Below are positions 1-9,133 of a stretch of 64,000 nucleotides of DNA, piece by piece. The DNA comes from a virus (Duplodnaviria > Caudoviricetes), in the IMG/VR virus record IMGVR_UViG_3300035501_001769, positions 1-64,000 of that record; one strand, 5' to 3'. The notes below the pieces were generated by a model that made no database searches, was not told the origin of the DNA, and saw only the letters and a program-made list of their open reading frames with translations. Within the stretch, counting starts at the first letter, position 1. Every line of letters starts with the position of its first letter. The position numbers were made by a program, and so were the translations under genes.

Positions 1-837
1 TCAACTGCTTGCATTTTTTATTTTCAGTCTAAGCAGCTTTACGAAATTTTCGATGGCTATTGATAAAATTACACCCGCCTTACGCAATGCGTTATATCCA
101 CTATATTTCCGAATATAGTAAATTCGGGAGGTTCGGATATCAGCTAAACATTCCCTTGAGTATTCTTCATTCAAAACGTTATTAAACACCGCATTAGCTG
201 TCGATACATAATACATTTTCTTCCCTGCTTTTTCCACCTGCTTTGACAATATATCTTCAACACAAAATTGAAATACACTCTCATCAAACATGTCTTGCGC
301 CAATATAAAATCCATATCGATAATAAAGCATTGACGCGATAGCTTTGTGCAATATCTACTTTTCGAACTATCCATTCCACAGCCAGCGCTATCTTTACCT
401 GCAATCCATTCAAAAGGACGCATCCAACCAGCATCTTCCGGCATTGGATTCATATGTACTCCCGATGGCGTAACTATATCACCGGCAGCTACTACACCAT
501 CCGACTTGTGCATTTCATTGACCAAGGTAGCCACATAATTTTTATCACGAATTACCATATCCGGAGTCAAAATTAGTGCATAATCACCCTCTACAGATTC
601 TGCATAACGCAAACCGGCATTACATCCGGCATTGAATCCTCTGTTCTTGCTTGTAGCGACAAATATTGTGTTCGTATCACGGCAATAATCAATCAATCTC
701 TCACGATTGTTATGCTCAGAATAATTATCCACTATTACCACCTCAAGATTAACGCCTTGCTGCTCGCGTAGCAATTCGGCACATCGCCGACTCTCATCTG
801 CGGCGTTATAGTTAATTATGATAGCCACTACCCTCAT
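1..837 (-). CDS. Glycosyltransferase family 2 (probably host or flanking gene)
   Basis: GT-A fold N-terminus (IIINYN, VVIVDNYS, NRGFNAGCNAG, LILTPD) and FDESVF motif; complete ORF ending in TGA at 1-3. Confidence 0.85.
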   Translation of the reverse strand: MRVVAIIINYNAADESRRCAELLREQQGVNLEVVIVDNYSEHNNRERLIDYCRDTNTIFVATSKNRGFNAGCNAGLRYAESVEGDYALILTPDMVIRDKNYVATLVNEMHKSDGVVAAGDIVTPSGVHMNPMPEDAGWMRPFEWIAGKDSAGCGMDSSKSRYCTKLSRQCFIIDMDFILAQDMFDESVFQFCVEDILSKQVEKAGKKMYYVSTANAVFNNVLNEEYSRECLADIRTSRIYYIRKYSGYNALRKAGVILSIAIENFVKLLRLKIKNASS

Positions 838-1191
838 TGTATATCCTCCAAATTAATCCGGCTCTTAACCAGTATGGAACTATTCATAGATAATAGTTGT
901 CTTATAGTAGGAGCTGTTATCACGAAATAAACTTCTATATATAAAACGTTTTAGCACTTCATTTTGTTTCCATATAACTGCATAATTTCAGTTTATTACA
1001 CATTAGAACATTTATCACGACACATCAACGTCTAAATATTATCAATTAGCTAACTAAACTTAATTGCCAATCATATTCTTAATTGTCTTGTAACAATCAC
1101 AACGCATTGTTACACTTTGGAATATAATCGAGCTAAATACCCGTATTTTAGTGGAGTCAGCATTCTTAAACTAAAGAATTTATGCAATTAG

Positions 1192-1223
1192 TTTGCATAT
1201 AAGTGTCGATTGTAATATATTTG
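1192..1223 (+). promoter_or_regulatory. Bacteroidota primary-sigma promoter (-33/-7)
   Basis: TTTG (1192-1195), 20 nt spacer, TATATTTG (1216-1223): matches the TTTG-N19-21-TAnnTTTG consensus. Confidence 0.6.
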
Positions 1224-1315
1224 CAACGTCACAGGTTTAGAACCCATTTGTATTTGTATATGCTATTAAGTTGTTGATTATAATTGGATTATGCAAATAA
1301 TTAACGACAAAGTTT

Positions 1316-1593
1316 TGTGCATTTTTGTGCATTTTCGTGTAGTTGATGCACAAGTAAACAGATTTCACTGCTCCAGATTACAAAACTATCAAAGAACCTC
1401 TCATGATTCCGTAGTACAAAGGTAAGCCAAAGGTTAGAGAACTGGCGTTAAATAAATGCTAACTTTTTTCGTTGCTTTGTGAATAAGGGTTAAGAATTTT
1501 ATCTGACCTGAAGTTGGCTCGCCTGTCACGCCACCACCCCAGTTTTTAACGTTTTTGTGCATTTCAAATGTTAAAAGGCGATTGAAATGCACA
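1316..1593. repeat. Five TGTGCAT motifs (direct pair, inverted copy, 12-bp inverted repeat); candidate att arm sites
   Basis: TGTGCATTT at 1316 and 1326; inverted copy at 1346-1352; TGTGCATTTCAA (1556-1567) / TTGAAATGCACA (1582-1593). Confidence 0.5.
1417..1424 (-). promoter_or_regulatory. Outward-facing -7 promoter element
   Basis: TACCTTTG on the minus strand; no canonical -33 at the correct spacing. Confidence 0.35.
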
Positions 1594-1598
1594 TAAGA

Positions 1599-1623
1599 AA
1601 GCCACCCCTTTTGAGAGTGGCTT
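1599..1623 (-). terminator. Intrinsic terminator ending the lysis operon
   Basis: AAGCCAC/GTGGCTT stem followed by TCTT on the minus strand, about 35 nt after the last stop codon. Confidence 0.6.
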
Positions 1624-1656
1624 CTACGTATATTTATGAAGGTATGTAATGTTTTT

Positions 1657-1980
1657 TTATTCTTCTGCCTGTGTGTTGTAAATCTTCTCGACAAACGCCC
1701 AAAAATCGTCAGGGTAAGCAGTATCAACAATTGCTTCGCTTGCCTTACGGATGAACTGAAGTTCTTGGTTAGTAAACCCGACAACGAGCGGATTTTTCAT
1801 ATCCAATTCAACATCCCAAGTAATCATATCCGGTTGCTGTTGGATATTGAATTTTTCTTTATCTGCTTCGGTTATTCCAGCCTTCTTAATGATTTCATTC
1901 TTTAGGTTGTAATCCATGAACGTATTTGTCTGCGGAAGCATACGCATTAAATAAAATCGTTCTTTGATATGTAGTTCCAT
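1657..1980 (-). CDS. Hypothetical phage protein
   Basis: ORF 1657..2028; likely start MELHIK at 1980, 16 nt downstream of a CTATTC motif. Confidence 0.7.
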   Translation of the reverse strand: MELHIKERFYLMRMLPQTNTFMDYNLKNEIIKKAGITEADKEKFNIQQQPDMITWDVELDMKNPLVVGFTNQELQFIRKASEAIVDTAYPDDFWAFVEKIYNTQAEE

Positions 1981-2040
1981 AATTTCTTTTATTAATGAAT
2001 AGCTGGAGGATTTTTGGGTGGTTGTCAATAAAAGATAAAA

Positions 2041-2535
2041 TTACCAAGTAAGGATATTATAGCTTACACCCACACCAACATAAGGGGAAACCTGATTGGG
2101 AGTGTAACCAACGCCAACCTGTACGCCTAAACCCCATTTATTTGTCTTTTTAACGACTTCTTTCTTCGTGATGATAGTTTGCTTAGGATAGACGCAAATA
2201 CTGTCTAAACGAGCCTGAAAACCACTCACCCAAGCCGTATAATCTTCATCTGAATACTGAAGCTGAGATATAGGCAATTCTACCGTAACACTATCGGTGA
2301 TTTTCTCTACAACTGTAACGAAAGTTGTGTCTGCAATCGGCACCTTTACGAGTTGGCGAGTTACCACAACGCTATCAATCGGTCGTGGGTAATTTACCAT
2401 GACCGTATCGTAAATCTGAATCGTATCGCATAGGCTCATCTCAGTGTTGCTTGCTTCAAAATTCGCTACAAAACACTGAAGGATGATACCTGCGATAACA
2501 CCGATAAGTAGAGAGATAATATTTCTACGGTTCAT
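2041..2535 (-). CDS. Spanin-like lysis accessory membrane protein
   Basis: N-terminal TM helix and C-terminal beta-rich KWGLGVQVGVGY...YVGVGVSYN segment; directly after the endolysin. Confidence 0.55.
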   Translation of the reverse strand: MNRRNIISLLIGVIAGIILQCFVANFEASNTEMSLCDTIQIYDTVMVNYPRPIDSVVVTRQLVKVPIADTTFVTVVEKITDSVTVELPISQLQYSDEDYTAWVSGFQARLDSICVYPKQTIITKKEVVKKTNKWGLGVQVGVGYTPNQVSPYVGVGVSYNILTW

Positions 2536-2930
2536 TAGTAATGAATTATCTTTTTACGGTTGCGCGGTCCATAAGAAACATGAACCCACTTGTAGCCATA
2601 TTCATCAATCAGCTGGTCAAACGGAAGGTTCAGCTTTTGGATAAGTTCAAATAGCTTCTTATTGCCTTCCACCGAACCGATAGAAATATCTGCTGCCTGA
2701 CCCATCATGTGCTGAGATGTCTTAGAGCCGCCTACCTTAGTGTTGAGAGCAGCGCAACGATAGCCACTATTAATCGTGATAGGTCTGCCATACGCTTCTC
2801 TCAGGGGGTCAAGGATATTATCAACCAAAGCGGTTAAGCATTTGGTGATTTCAGCGTCAGGGGTATTGTCAATACCGTACTTAGTTGCCGTTGTACTGGC
2901 GGTTAATTCTTTGATTGTAAAGTATTTCAT
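2535..2930 (-). CDS. Endolysin, peptidase M15A family
   Basis: ITINSGYRC..LN..VGG...SQHM.GQAAD and WVHVSY Zn-peptidase motifs. Confidence 0.9.
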   Translation of the reverse strand: MKYFTIKELTASTTATKYGIDNTPDAEITKCLTALVDNILDPLREAYGRPITINSGYRCAALNTKVGGSKTSQHMMGQAADISIGSVEGNKKLFELIQKLNLPFDQLIDEYGYKWVHVSYGPRNRKKIIHY

Positions 2931-3169
2931 TCAATAATAGAGTTATAAGGGATATACCATTCTTGTTCACCGAGGAACGGTTCACCAATCAATGACAGCC
3001 AATAGCCTTTTACCGCACCTGTATCGGTGTAACGCGCTTCTAATACTTCTCCTTGTCTACCAATCAATTCTTCTAATCTACATTCAGATATAGTGACTGA
3101 AGGGATAATGGTGACAACCTTGGGTGGTTTAGGTAGTTCTTGTAATTCTTGTAGTTCTTCTGTTTCCAT
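2927..3169 (-). CDS. Hypothetical protein in the lysis cassette
   Basis: 80-aa ORF coupled to the flanking genes (4-nt overlap with the endolysin). Confidence 0.6.
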   Translation of the reverse strand: METEELQELQELPKPPKVVTIIPSVTISECRLEELIGRQGEVLEARYTDTGAVKGYWLSLIGEPFLGEQEWYIPYNSIIE

Positions 3170-3172
3170 AAA

Positions 3173-3517
3173 TTAATAACCTGTTGGGGGTTTTCGATTT
3201 GGGCATTTCGGAAGTTCGCATTTAAGTAGGCAGAGCTTAGTATTTTCCACCTCCAGTTCCGTATTAGTTTGGCGCAATTGCGCTTTAGTGTCGCGATGCT
3301 GAGTTACTTCCTCATACAGTTGTTCAATCTTTGTTTCGTAGGCTTGCGTTCTCTGTTTCAGTTCTTCATGGGTTTCTTCATATAGTTTACGCCATTCCTC
3401 AGATTGTTTAGCTTCATTTTCAAGCACCTTCGTTTTTCGCATCTGAGGGAAAAACAAAAACATTGCTACATTACCGGCAAATAGACCGATGATAGCAGCA
3501 ATAATGTTATCAATCAT
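3173..3517 (-). CDS. Putative holin
   Basis: N-terminal TM (IIAAIIGLFAGNVAMFLFF), coiled coil and C-terminal CELPKCPNR, upstream of the endolysin; likely start MIDN at 3517. Confidence 0.55.
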   Translation of the reverse strand: MIDNIIAAIIGLFAGNVAMFLFFPQMRKTKVLENEAKQSEEWRKLYEETHEELKQRTQAYETKIEQLYEEVTQHRDTKAQLRQTNTELEVENTKLCLLKCELPKCPNRKPPTGY

Positions 3518-3983
3518 CTTTGTTTGTGGTCTTTGCCGGTGCTGACGGTACAATCACGTTAAACGTAATACCACTGCCGCCTTCACCTGAATCGAGAGAG
3601 ATTTTACTTATTTGCGCTTCTTTGATTGGGTGCATATCCATTAAGGCTTTAGCTGCGTTAACTGCTACGCTTCTCATAGCGGCAGGACTTTGAACCCTTC
3701 CTTTCCTATCAAAGTAAGTCGCATGACTTGCTTCTTTCACGATTGACACCAAGTTTTTGGTCAGGAAACGTTTAAGATGTTTTGCTTCAATCAAGTTGGC
3801 TGTTTCAAGTTCTTCGATGTAGTCCTTGATGTCAGTTCGTTGTACGAATGTTTGAGCTTGTAGCGCAACCATTTCCGATTTGTCGTTGAATACCTTAGAA
3901 TAACATTCCACAATATCACCAACATACGGAGGCTCGCCATTGATGTAAAGCTCGCACACCAGTTTTTCTTCTTTAGTTAACAT
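3510..3983 (-). CDS. Terminase small subunit-like protein
   Basis: N-terminal LTKEEKLVCELYING...ECYSKVF helix-turn-helix pattern typical of TerS. Confidence 0.55.
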   Translation of the reverse strand: MLTKEEKLVCELYINGEPPYVGDIVECYSKVFNDKSEMVALQAQTFVQRTDIKDYIEELETANLIEAKHLKRFLTKNLVSIVKEASHATYFDRKGRVQSPAAMRSVAVNAAKALMDMHPIKEAQISKISLDSGEGGSGITFNVIVPSAPAKTTNKDD

Positions 3984-3998
3984 TATGATAAGATATTT

Positions 3999-4028
3999 AA
4001 AAAGCCTCGACTATCTAAATCGAGGCTT
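3999..4028 (-). terminator. Intrinsic terminator ending the replication operon
   Basis: 9-bp AAGCCTCGA/TCGAGGCTT stem plus T-tract on the minus strand. Confidence 0.65.
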
Positions 4029-4045
4029 GGTTTAAATATGAATAG

Positions 4046-4339
4046 TTACTTATTATTCTGGTTGTTAGGTGTGTTAGCGTCTATTTGTGTGTTCTTTAGC
4101 AACTCATCCATAATGATTTTGCGGAACATTTCTGTTAACCCATCAAGAGCAGCTTCCACATCTTCGAGAGATTTTAGGTACTCCATATTGAATCGAATTG
4201 AAAGGTCATATCCTGAGATTTCGACCAAGTTCGCTTCAATATCGGGATTGTGAATAATGAAGGCTTGGCGGTCAGTAATCGCCTTAAACTTAACTTCGCC
4301 TTCAGGAACGTTGTCAAATTGTGCTGTTAATTCTTCCAT
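4046..4339 (-). CDS. Hypothetical protein
   Basis: 97-aa ORF coupled to the exonuclease gene. Confidence 0.65.
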   Translation of the reverse strand: MEELTAQFDNVPEGEVKFKAITDRQAFIIHNPDIEANLVEISGYDLSIRFNMEYLKSLEDVEAALDGLTEMFRKIIMDELLKNTQIDANTPNNQNNK

Positions 4340-5130
4340 TATATCTTGAAGTGTTTACGTGATTTTTCTGCTTTGTTGAGTGTTAGAGCTTCAGCATCAG
4401 CAAACCCACCTGAGTTACGCATACGCTGAGATAGTACCTGAACAACATTGGCAGTAGCAGTAACATCGGCATCTGCATCGTGAGCGTCATCAAGGTCGAT
4501 ACTCAAATGCTCGCACATAAGCTCCAATTTGTACGAGCTGATTTCAGGCTTGTGGCAGAGAGCAAGCTGACCGAGAATAATTGTATCAAGTACGGTAGGC
4601 TGCCAGCATCCGTAGAAGTCTTTAATGCCTCTCAGCAATTTAGATGCCTGTTCGACAAGACCGGTATATTCAAGCATCTGCAAGAAGAACCCCTTATCAA
4701 ACTCAATGTTCTGTCCTATGATGAATGGTTTTGAACCTTTGCTTACTTTGGTTGACATATCACTGATAAACCGGAGTGCGCCTTCAGCTACTTTGTCTAT
4801 GTGTTCGCCTTTATCATAAAGCATTGACATTGTAATAGCTGAGTAATCTAACGCCACTTGACCGTACTCCATCAGTTGTTCACCTTGCGCTTCATCATCC
4901 CATTTGCTGCGTAATACCTTGCGTTTGGGAGTTGCACTTTTCAGCTCTTTCTTTGCATAAGGATAAACATATCGTACATATTTGCCGACAACTTCAAAAT
5001 TATCAAGTCGTACCGCGTGGATAGCAATCTGAGTAATTGCGCAAGTTTGTGGCGTTAAACCTCCTGTTTCAAAGTCAAGCACAAATGCCATCAGTGGTTG
5101 ATTATCTTGTTTTGGTGCCATAGCTATCAA
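4339..5130 (-). CDS. dnaQ: DEDDh 3'-5' exonuclease (Pol III epsilon-like)
   Basis: ExoI LDFETGG, ExoII GQNIEFD and ExoIII HDADAD motifs. Confidence 0.85.
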   Translation of the reverse strand: MIAMAPKQDNQPLMAFVLDFETGGLTPQTCAITQIAIHAVRLDNFEVVGKYVRYVYPYAKKELKSATPKRKVLRSKWDDEAQGEQLMEYGQVALDYSAITMSMLYDKGEHIDKVAEGALRFISDMSTKVSKGSKPFIIGQNIEFDKGFFLQMLEYTGLVEQASKLLRGIKDFYGCWQPTVLDTIILGQLALCHKPEISSYKLELMCEHLSIDLDDAHDADADVTATANVVQVLSQRMRNSGGFADAEALTLNKAEKSRKHFKI

Positions 5131-5644
5131 GATGTTTGATTAGGTTAGAGATGTGCGTAACAGACTCATTTAAAAACACGTTCAACTCAGCATTATTGTC
5201 GAGGACCAAATCATACGTAGCATCTGATAGGGTTACGCGGTCTTTATCTCTCGCCAAACGTTGTGTATCAACATCATTATCCGGTCGATTAACTTTGATT
5301 GCGATAATCTTATAGCGTTGTGACCAATTACAGATAAGCTCTAACAAGCCTTTTTCGTCAATCACATAAGTACATAGTCTGTACTTATCCACTTGCTCCA
5401 GTGTTGTCCAGTAATGATAACCGCCAAAACACGTATAAGCAAGACGTTCTGCCGGTTCAGGTGGCTGGGTATTCTCCGGCATAAATTTATGCTCAACTCC
5501 ATCAGTTTCACCTTCTCGCATAGGTCTGGTAGTATAGGAACATATAGCCGGGATGTTGTAGTTCTCTTGAAGGTGCAGCGATAGTGTTGTTTTACCACTA
5601 CCTGAAGCACCAACGATTGCGAGGATAATTGGTTTTGGTTTCAT
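5102..5644 (-). CDS. gmk: Guanylate kinase-like nucleotide kinase
   Basis: GASGSGKTT P-loop, SYTTRPMREGETDGVEHKF, GGYHYWT, YVIDEKG. Confidence 0.85.
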   Translation of the reverse strand: MKPKPIILAIVGASGSGKTTLSLHLQENYNIPAICSYTTRPMREGETDGVEHKFMPENTQPPEPAERLAYTCFGGYHYWTTLEQVDKYRLCTYVIDEKGLLELICNWSQRYKIIAIKVNRPDNDVDTQRLARDKDRVTLSDATYDLVLDNNAELNVFLNESVTHISNLIKHLDSYGTKTR

Positions 5645-7821
5645 TATAATATTGCTATTTGGGTTGTTTTAGTAAATGACAGTACATTGGTGTGTGTGTA
5701 GTCACTATATTTAACTACACCTGAGAAGATTATCACTTTATCTTTAGCCGTTGATAGCAAGTCCTTAAACTTAACATATTCTTCAGGCCAGATTGTACAT
5801 TCGCAGGTATCGTTATTTTGCTGAAGTACAAGCGAGCAAAACGTTTCCTCATTGCCTGTTCTACTGCTGACAAAGTGCTTTTCTTTCATGTCGGCTATTG
5901 TGGCACATACGATTGCTCTACGACCGTCATTTTCGTCATAAGCCACCTCAGCTAATGACAAATAAGATGCTTTACCGCGAAGGCGGTCTTTTATCTCGTT
6001 GGTATCATATATACGCCTGTAATCAATTGCACCAATACCTGATAATCTGATTTGTTGCTGACTCCACCAATAATGCTTGCTGATAAGGTCATCGGGGAAG
6101 TCAGATTCTTTAACCTTGAATCCTAAATCTTCAGCGGCTTTTATAACAATTGCATAACGTTCTACTACCGATTGAGCGTTCTCCACTTTGTCAAAACAAC
6201 CTGAGAGTATCATGTTGAGTACATGACGAGCGTTGACAGGACATTTAGTAGCTTCTTCTTCGTTGTCAGGGTCATCCCAATACTGATACATCTTCAGCTT
6301 GTATTTAAATACGCGCTCAATGAAGTTAGTAATGCCGGTATAAGGTCCATTCTTATCTCTTTCAGCTACAATCCATTCAACCGCTTTTAACCCCACGTGC
6401 TTAATGCCTGTGAGTGACCAAAAGATTGTATCTGTACTGAAGTCGGTATAGAATCTTGAACGGCTATAATTTATGTCGGGAGCTGCCACTTTAGCAATCG
6501 AACAGCGTTCCATCTCAGTCATGATTGCCGGTATATCATCGTCATCTGCCCACTGAAGTGCCACGGTATAGAACGCAGTTGGAAATAAAGCCTTCAGATA
6601 AGCACCTACATAAGATGTGATAGCGTATGCGGTAGCGTGTGACTTGTTAAATAGATAAGAACCACAAGCCTCAATCTGCTCCCATATCGCTTCTGCATCT
6701 GTCATTGGGCAACCATTCTCTTTTGCACCCTTCATAAACTTATCTCGCATTGACTGAATTTTCTCGGTCTTTTTCTTTGAGATGAATTTCACGAGCTTAA
6801 CACCGTCACCCAAACTAAAGCCACCAACTTGACGAGCGATGAATACGACCTGTTCCTGATATGTAATTAAGCCATAGGTGTCTTTCAGTGCATCATACGT
6901 ACCCCAAAGATATACAGGTGCTTTATAACCGTTCTTACAGGCGATATAAGAATCGGTTGAACCGTTGGTGAGCGTAGCCGGTCTGAACAATGCGTTAGCT
7001 GCAATGATGTCGGCTATACACGATGGTTTCATTTCGGTAATAAACTTAGTCATGCCGCGTGATGATAGCTGGAATACATTCTGCGTATGTCCTTCACTCA
7101 GCAATTCATAAACCTTTGGCTCATCAAGTTGGCTGGTGGCGATTGCTTCAAGCGTCAAGTTAGTACCGTAGTTAGCGTTACATAGTTCGAGAGTTTGCTG
7201 AATTTTAGACAACTCCTTAGTAGCCAAACAGTCATTCTTCAGCAACCCACATTCGTCAAGTACATAGCCATCAAACTCTGAAACCAACTGACCATCTATC
7301 TTCTTAATTGGTGTGTAGTCAAAGCACTCCATATCTTCCCCATCAAGCGTATCAGGCGTAACGAGCAATGCCGAAGCGTGAATAGAACTTGAACGAGGTT
7401 GATTGAGCAATGTTCGGATAGCTTCAAAAAGCTGAGGATATGTTTCAACGAATTTGGCTACTTTCTTATTAGTTGCAGCCAACTTGAAGATGTCAGTATA
7501 AGTTACCACATCATTGTCAAAGATGGCTGTAATGTAGTTAACAAGTGATACAGGAATACGCATTGTACGTGCCACATCCTTAATCACTGCTTTTACCTTC
7601 AGTGTCGTTAATGTACCTGCTGAGAACACACGTTGTTTGCCGTTATGGTTGTAACGTTGCTCCATATAGGCTTTAACTTCTTGGCGGCGGTCACTCTGAA
7701 AGTCGTTATCAACATCAGGGAGTGAGCCTGAATCGCCTTGCAAATATCCTTTATCAATGCGAGTATCAATCACATCGACAGGACATCTATTTTTAATTAT
7801 TGATACGTGCTTGATTTCCAT
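5644..7821 (-). CDS. dnaE: DNA polymerase III alpha, C-terminal fragment (palm, thumb, fingers, OB), with an IntC-like leader
   Basis: SLPDVDNDF catalytic Asp pair, SIHASALLVT, KNDCLA, ANALFRPA, YQEQ, FNKSHATAYA, C-terminal OB fold; no PHP domain. Confidence 0.92.
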   Translation of the reverse strand: MEIKHVSIIKNRCPVDVIDTRIDKGYLQGDSGSLPDVDNDFQSDRRQEVKAYMEQRYNHNGKQRVFSAGTLTTLKVKAVIKDVARTMRIPVSLVNYITAIFDNDVVTYTDIFKLAATNKKVAKFVETYPQLFEAIRTLLNQPRSSSIHASALLVTPDTLDGEDMECFDYTPIKKIDGQLVSEFDGYVLDECGLLKNDCLATKELSKIQQTLELCNANYGTNLTLEAIATSQLDEPKVYELLSEGHTQNVFQLSSRGMTKFITEMKPSCIADIIAANALFRPATLTNGSTDSYIACKNGYKAPVYLWGTYDALKDTYGLITYQEQVVFIARQVGGFSLGDGVKLVKFISKKKTEKIQSMRDKFMKGAKENGCPMTDAEAIWEQIEACGSYLFNKSHATAYAITSYVGAYLKALFPTAFYTVALQWADDDDIPAIMTEMERCSIAKVAAPDINYSRSRFYTDFSTDTIFWSLTGIKHVGLKAVEWIVAERDKNGPYTGITNFIERVFKYKLKMYQYWDDPDNEEEATKCPVNARHVLNMILSGCFDKVENAQSVVERYAIVIKAAEDLGFKVKESDFPDDLISKHYWWSQQQIRLSGIGAIDYRRIYDTNEIKDRLRGKASYLSLAEVAYDENDGRRAIVCATIADMKEKHFVSSRTGNEETFCSLVLQQNNDTCECTIWPEEYVKFKDLLSTAKDKVIIFSGVVKYSDYTHTNVLSFTKTTQIAIL

Positions 7822-9133
7822 TTCTCATCATGCGATATACATCGCGATTAAATACATAATTAGCGTTTCGATAAGCATCTACAAACATAAGCAGTTCTCT
7901 ATCAGCAAAGATATGTTTGGGAGAGATAAAAGCATCTGTTGAGATACCTGAGAGAGATGTGCAACGGCTTAGTGCGACATACATTTGACCGGGGGCAAAC
8001 ATTCCCTTTGTATGGATAACAATGTTGTCAAAGGTTAGACCTTGGCTCTTGTGGATTGTGATTGCCCAAGCCAATGTTACCGGATATTGGGTGCATGAGC
8101 CTTTCTCCTTTTTAACAATCTTGCCTTCACATTCGACATATTCTATATCAGTCCAAGTGTGCCGAGTAACGAAAGCCAACAAACCTGAATCAAGCCGCAC
8201 ATCCATACCGTCATCCGATAGACCAACAACTACACCAAGAGAGCCATTGTAATATTTTTTTTGGGGGTCATTAACTGTCATCATTACACGTGCGCCAAGT
8301 CTTAATGATAATTCAAGGTCGCAAGGTGCTGACATGGGGTTGAAGTCATTGGTTAAGGTCGCTGTAAATGTATGGGTTGCTTCTCCTAATAGCTTGTTGT
8401 TGATTTCTTGAACTGTTGATTTTCGCGCACATAAATGTACCGCTTTATTCTCAAAGTCATCGGCAGATTTAATACTTCTGCAACATTCTAATTCTTCAAT
8501 ATCATCATCTGTCAATTGGTATTCTCTTGTGCGGTTCAGAATGTTCACAAACTTGCTATCAGACTGGCGAAAGACTTGATTAAGTTCTACAATCTTAAAC
8601 TCCGTTTTACGCCACACCTCCGCGTGAAAAAAGTAAGAACCACGATAATAGTGCTGAAGGACCACCAATTCTTCTTTCTTAACCACAGGAGGGAGCTGGA
8701 ACAGGTCACCAATCATGACAATTTGAATACCGCCAAAAGGCTGTTCGTTGCTCAGTATTAACCTTAGCTTACGGTCGATATAATCAAGTACATCAGGGCG
8801 TACCATACTAATCTCGTCAATGATGATAGTATCAACCATCTGGAGCATTTTGATTTTGTTAGGCGATACATTTCTCTTAATCACATCATCGGGGGCGAGA
8901 ACACCGAAGGGAATTGATAATAGGCTATGAAGCGTACAACCACCGGCATTAATAGCGGCTACACCGGTAGAGGCGGCTATAACAAAGTTCTTTTTAACAG
9001 TCCTGAGAATGTGGCGAAGCAAAGTTGTTTTGCCGGTTCCTGCTTTGCCTGTAAGATAGAGATGGTCTGTGCTATATTGAATGATGTCAATAGCTTGTTG
9101 CATCTCAGGCGTTATTACGATTTCAGATTTCAT
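7793..9133 (-). CDS. Pif1/RecD-family SF1B helicase
   Basis: GKAGTGKTT, DEISMV, GDLFQLPPV, VFRQ, LAWAITIHKSQGLT, YVALSR; likely start MKSEIV at 9133. Confidence 0.9.
   Translation of the reverse strand: MKSEIVITPEMQQAIDIIQYSTDHLYLTGKAGTGKTTLLRHILRTVKKNFVIAASTGVAAINAGGCTLHSLLSIPFGVLAPDDVIKRNVSPNKIKMLQMVDTIIIDEISMVRPDVLDYIDRKLRLILSNEQPFGGIQIVMIGDLFQLPPVVKKEELVVLQHYYRGSYFFHAEVWRKTEFKIVELNQVFRQSDSKFVNILNRTREYQLTDDDIEELECCRSIKSADDFENKAVHLCARKSTVQEINNKLLGEATHTFTATLTNDFNPMSAPCDLELSLRLGARVMMTVNDPQKKYYNGSLGVVVGLSDDGMDVRLDSGLLAFVTRHTWTDIEYVECEGKIVKKEKGSCTQYPVTLAWAITIHKSQGLTFDNIVIHTKGMFAPGQMYVALSRCTSLSGISTDAFISPKHIFADRELLMFVDAYRNANYVFNRDVYRMMRNGNQARINN

Noticed and set aside
1226-1246. tRNA T-arm-like GTCACAGGTTTAGAACCC as an att core
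   Set aside because: The stem does not pair and no cloverleaf can be built on either strand
1434-1905. ORFs 1434..1784 (-) and 1636..1905 (+)
   Set aside because: They run across the terminator and repeat region or lie antisense to a real gene; no recognisable motifs
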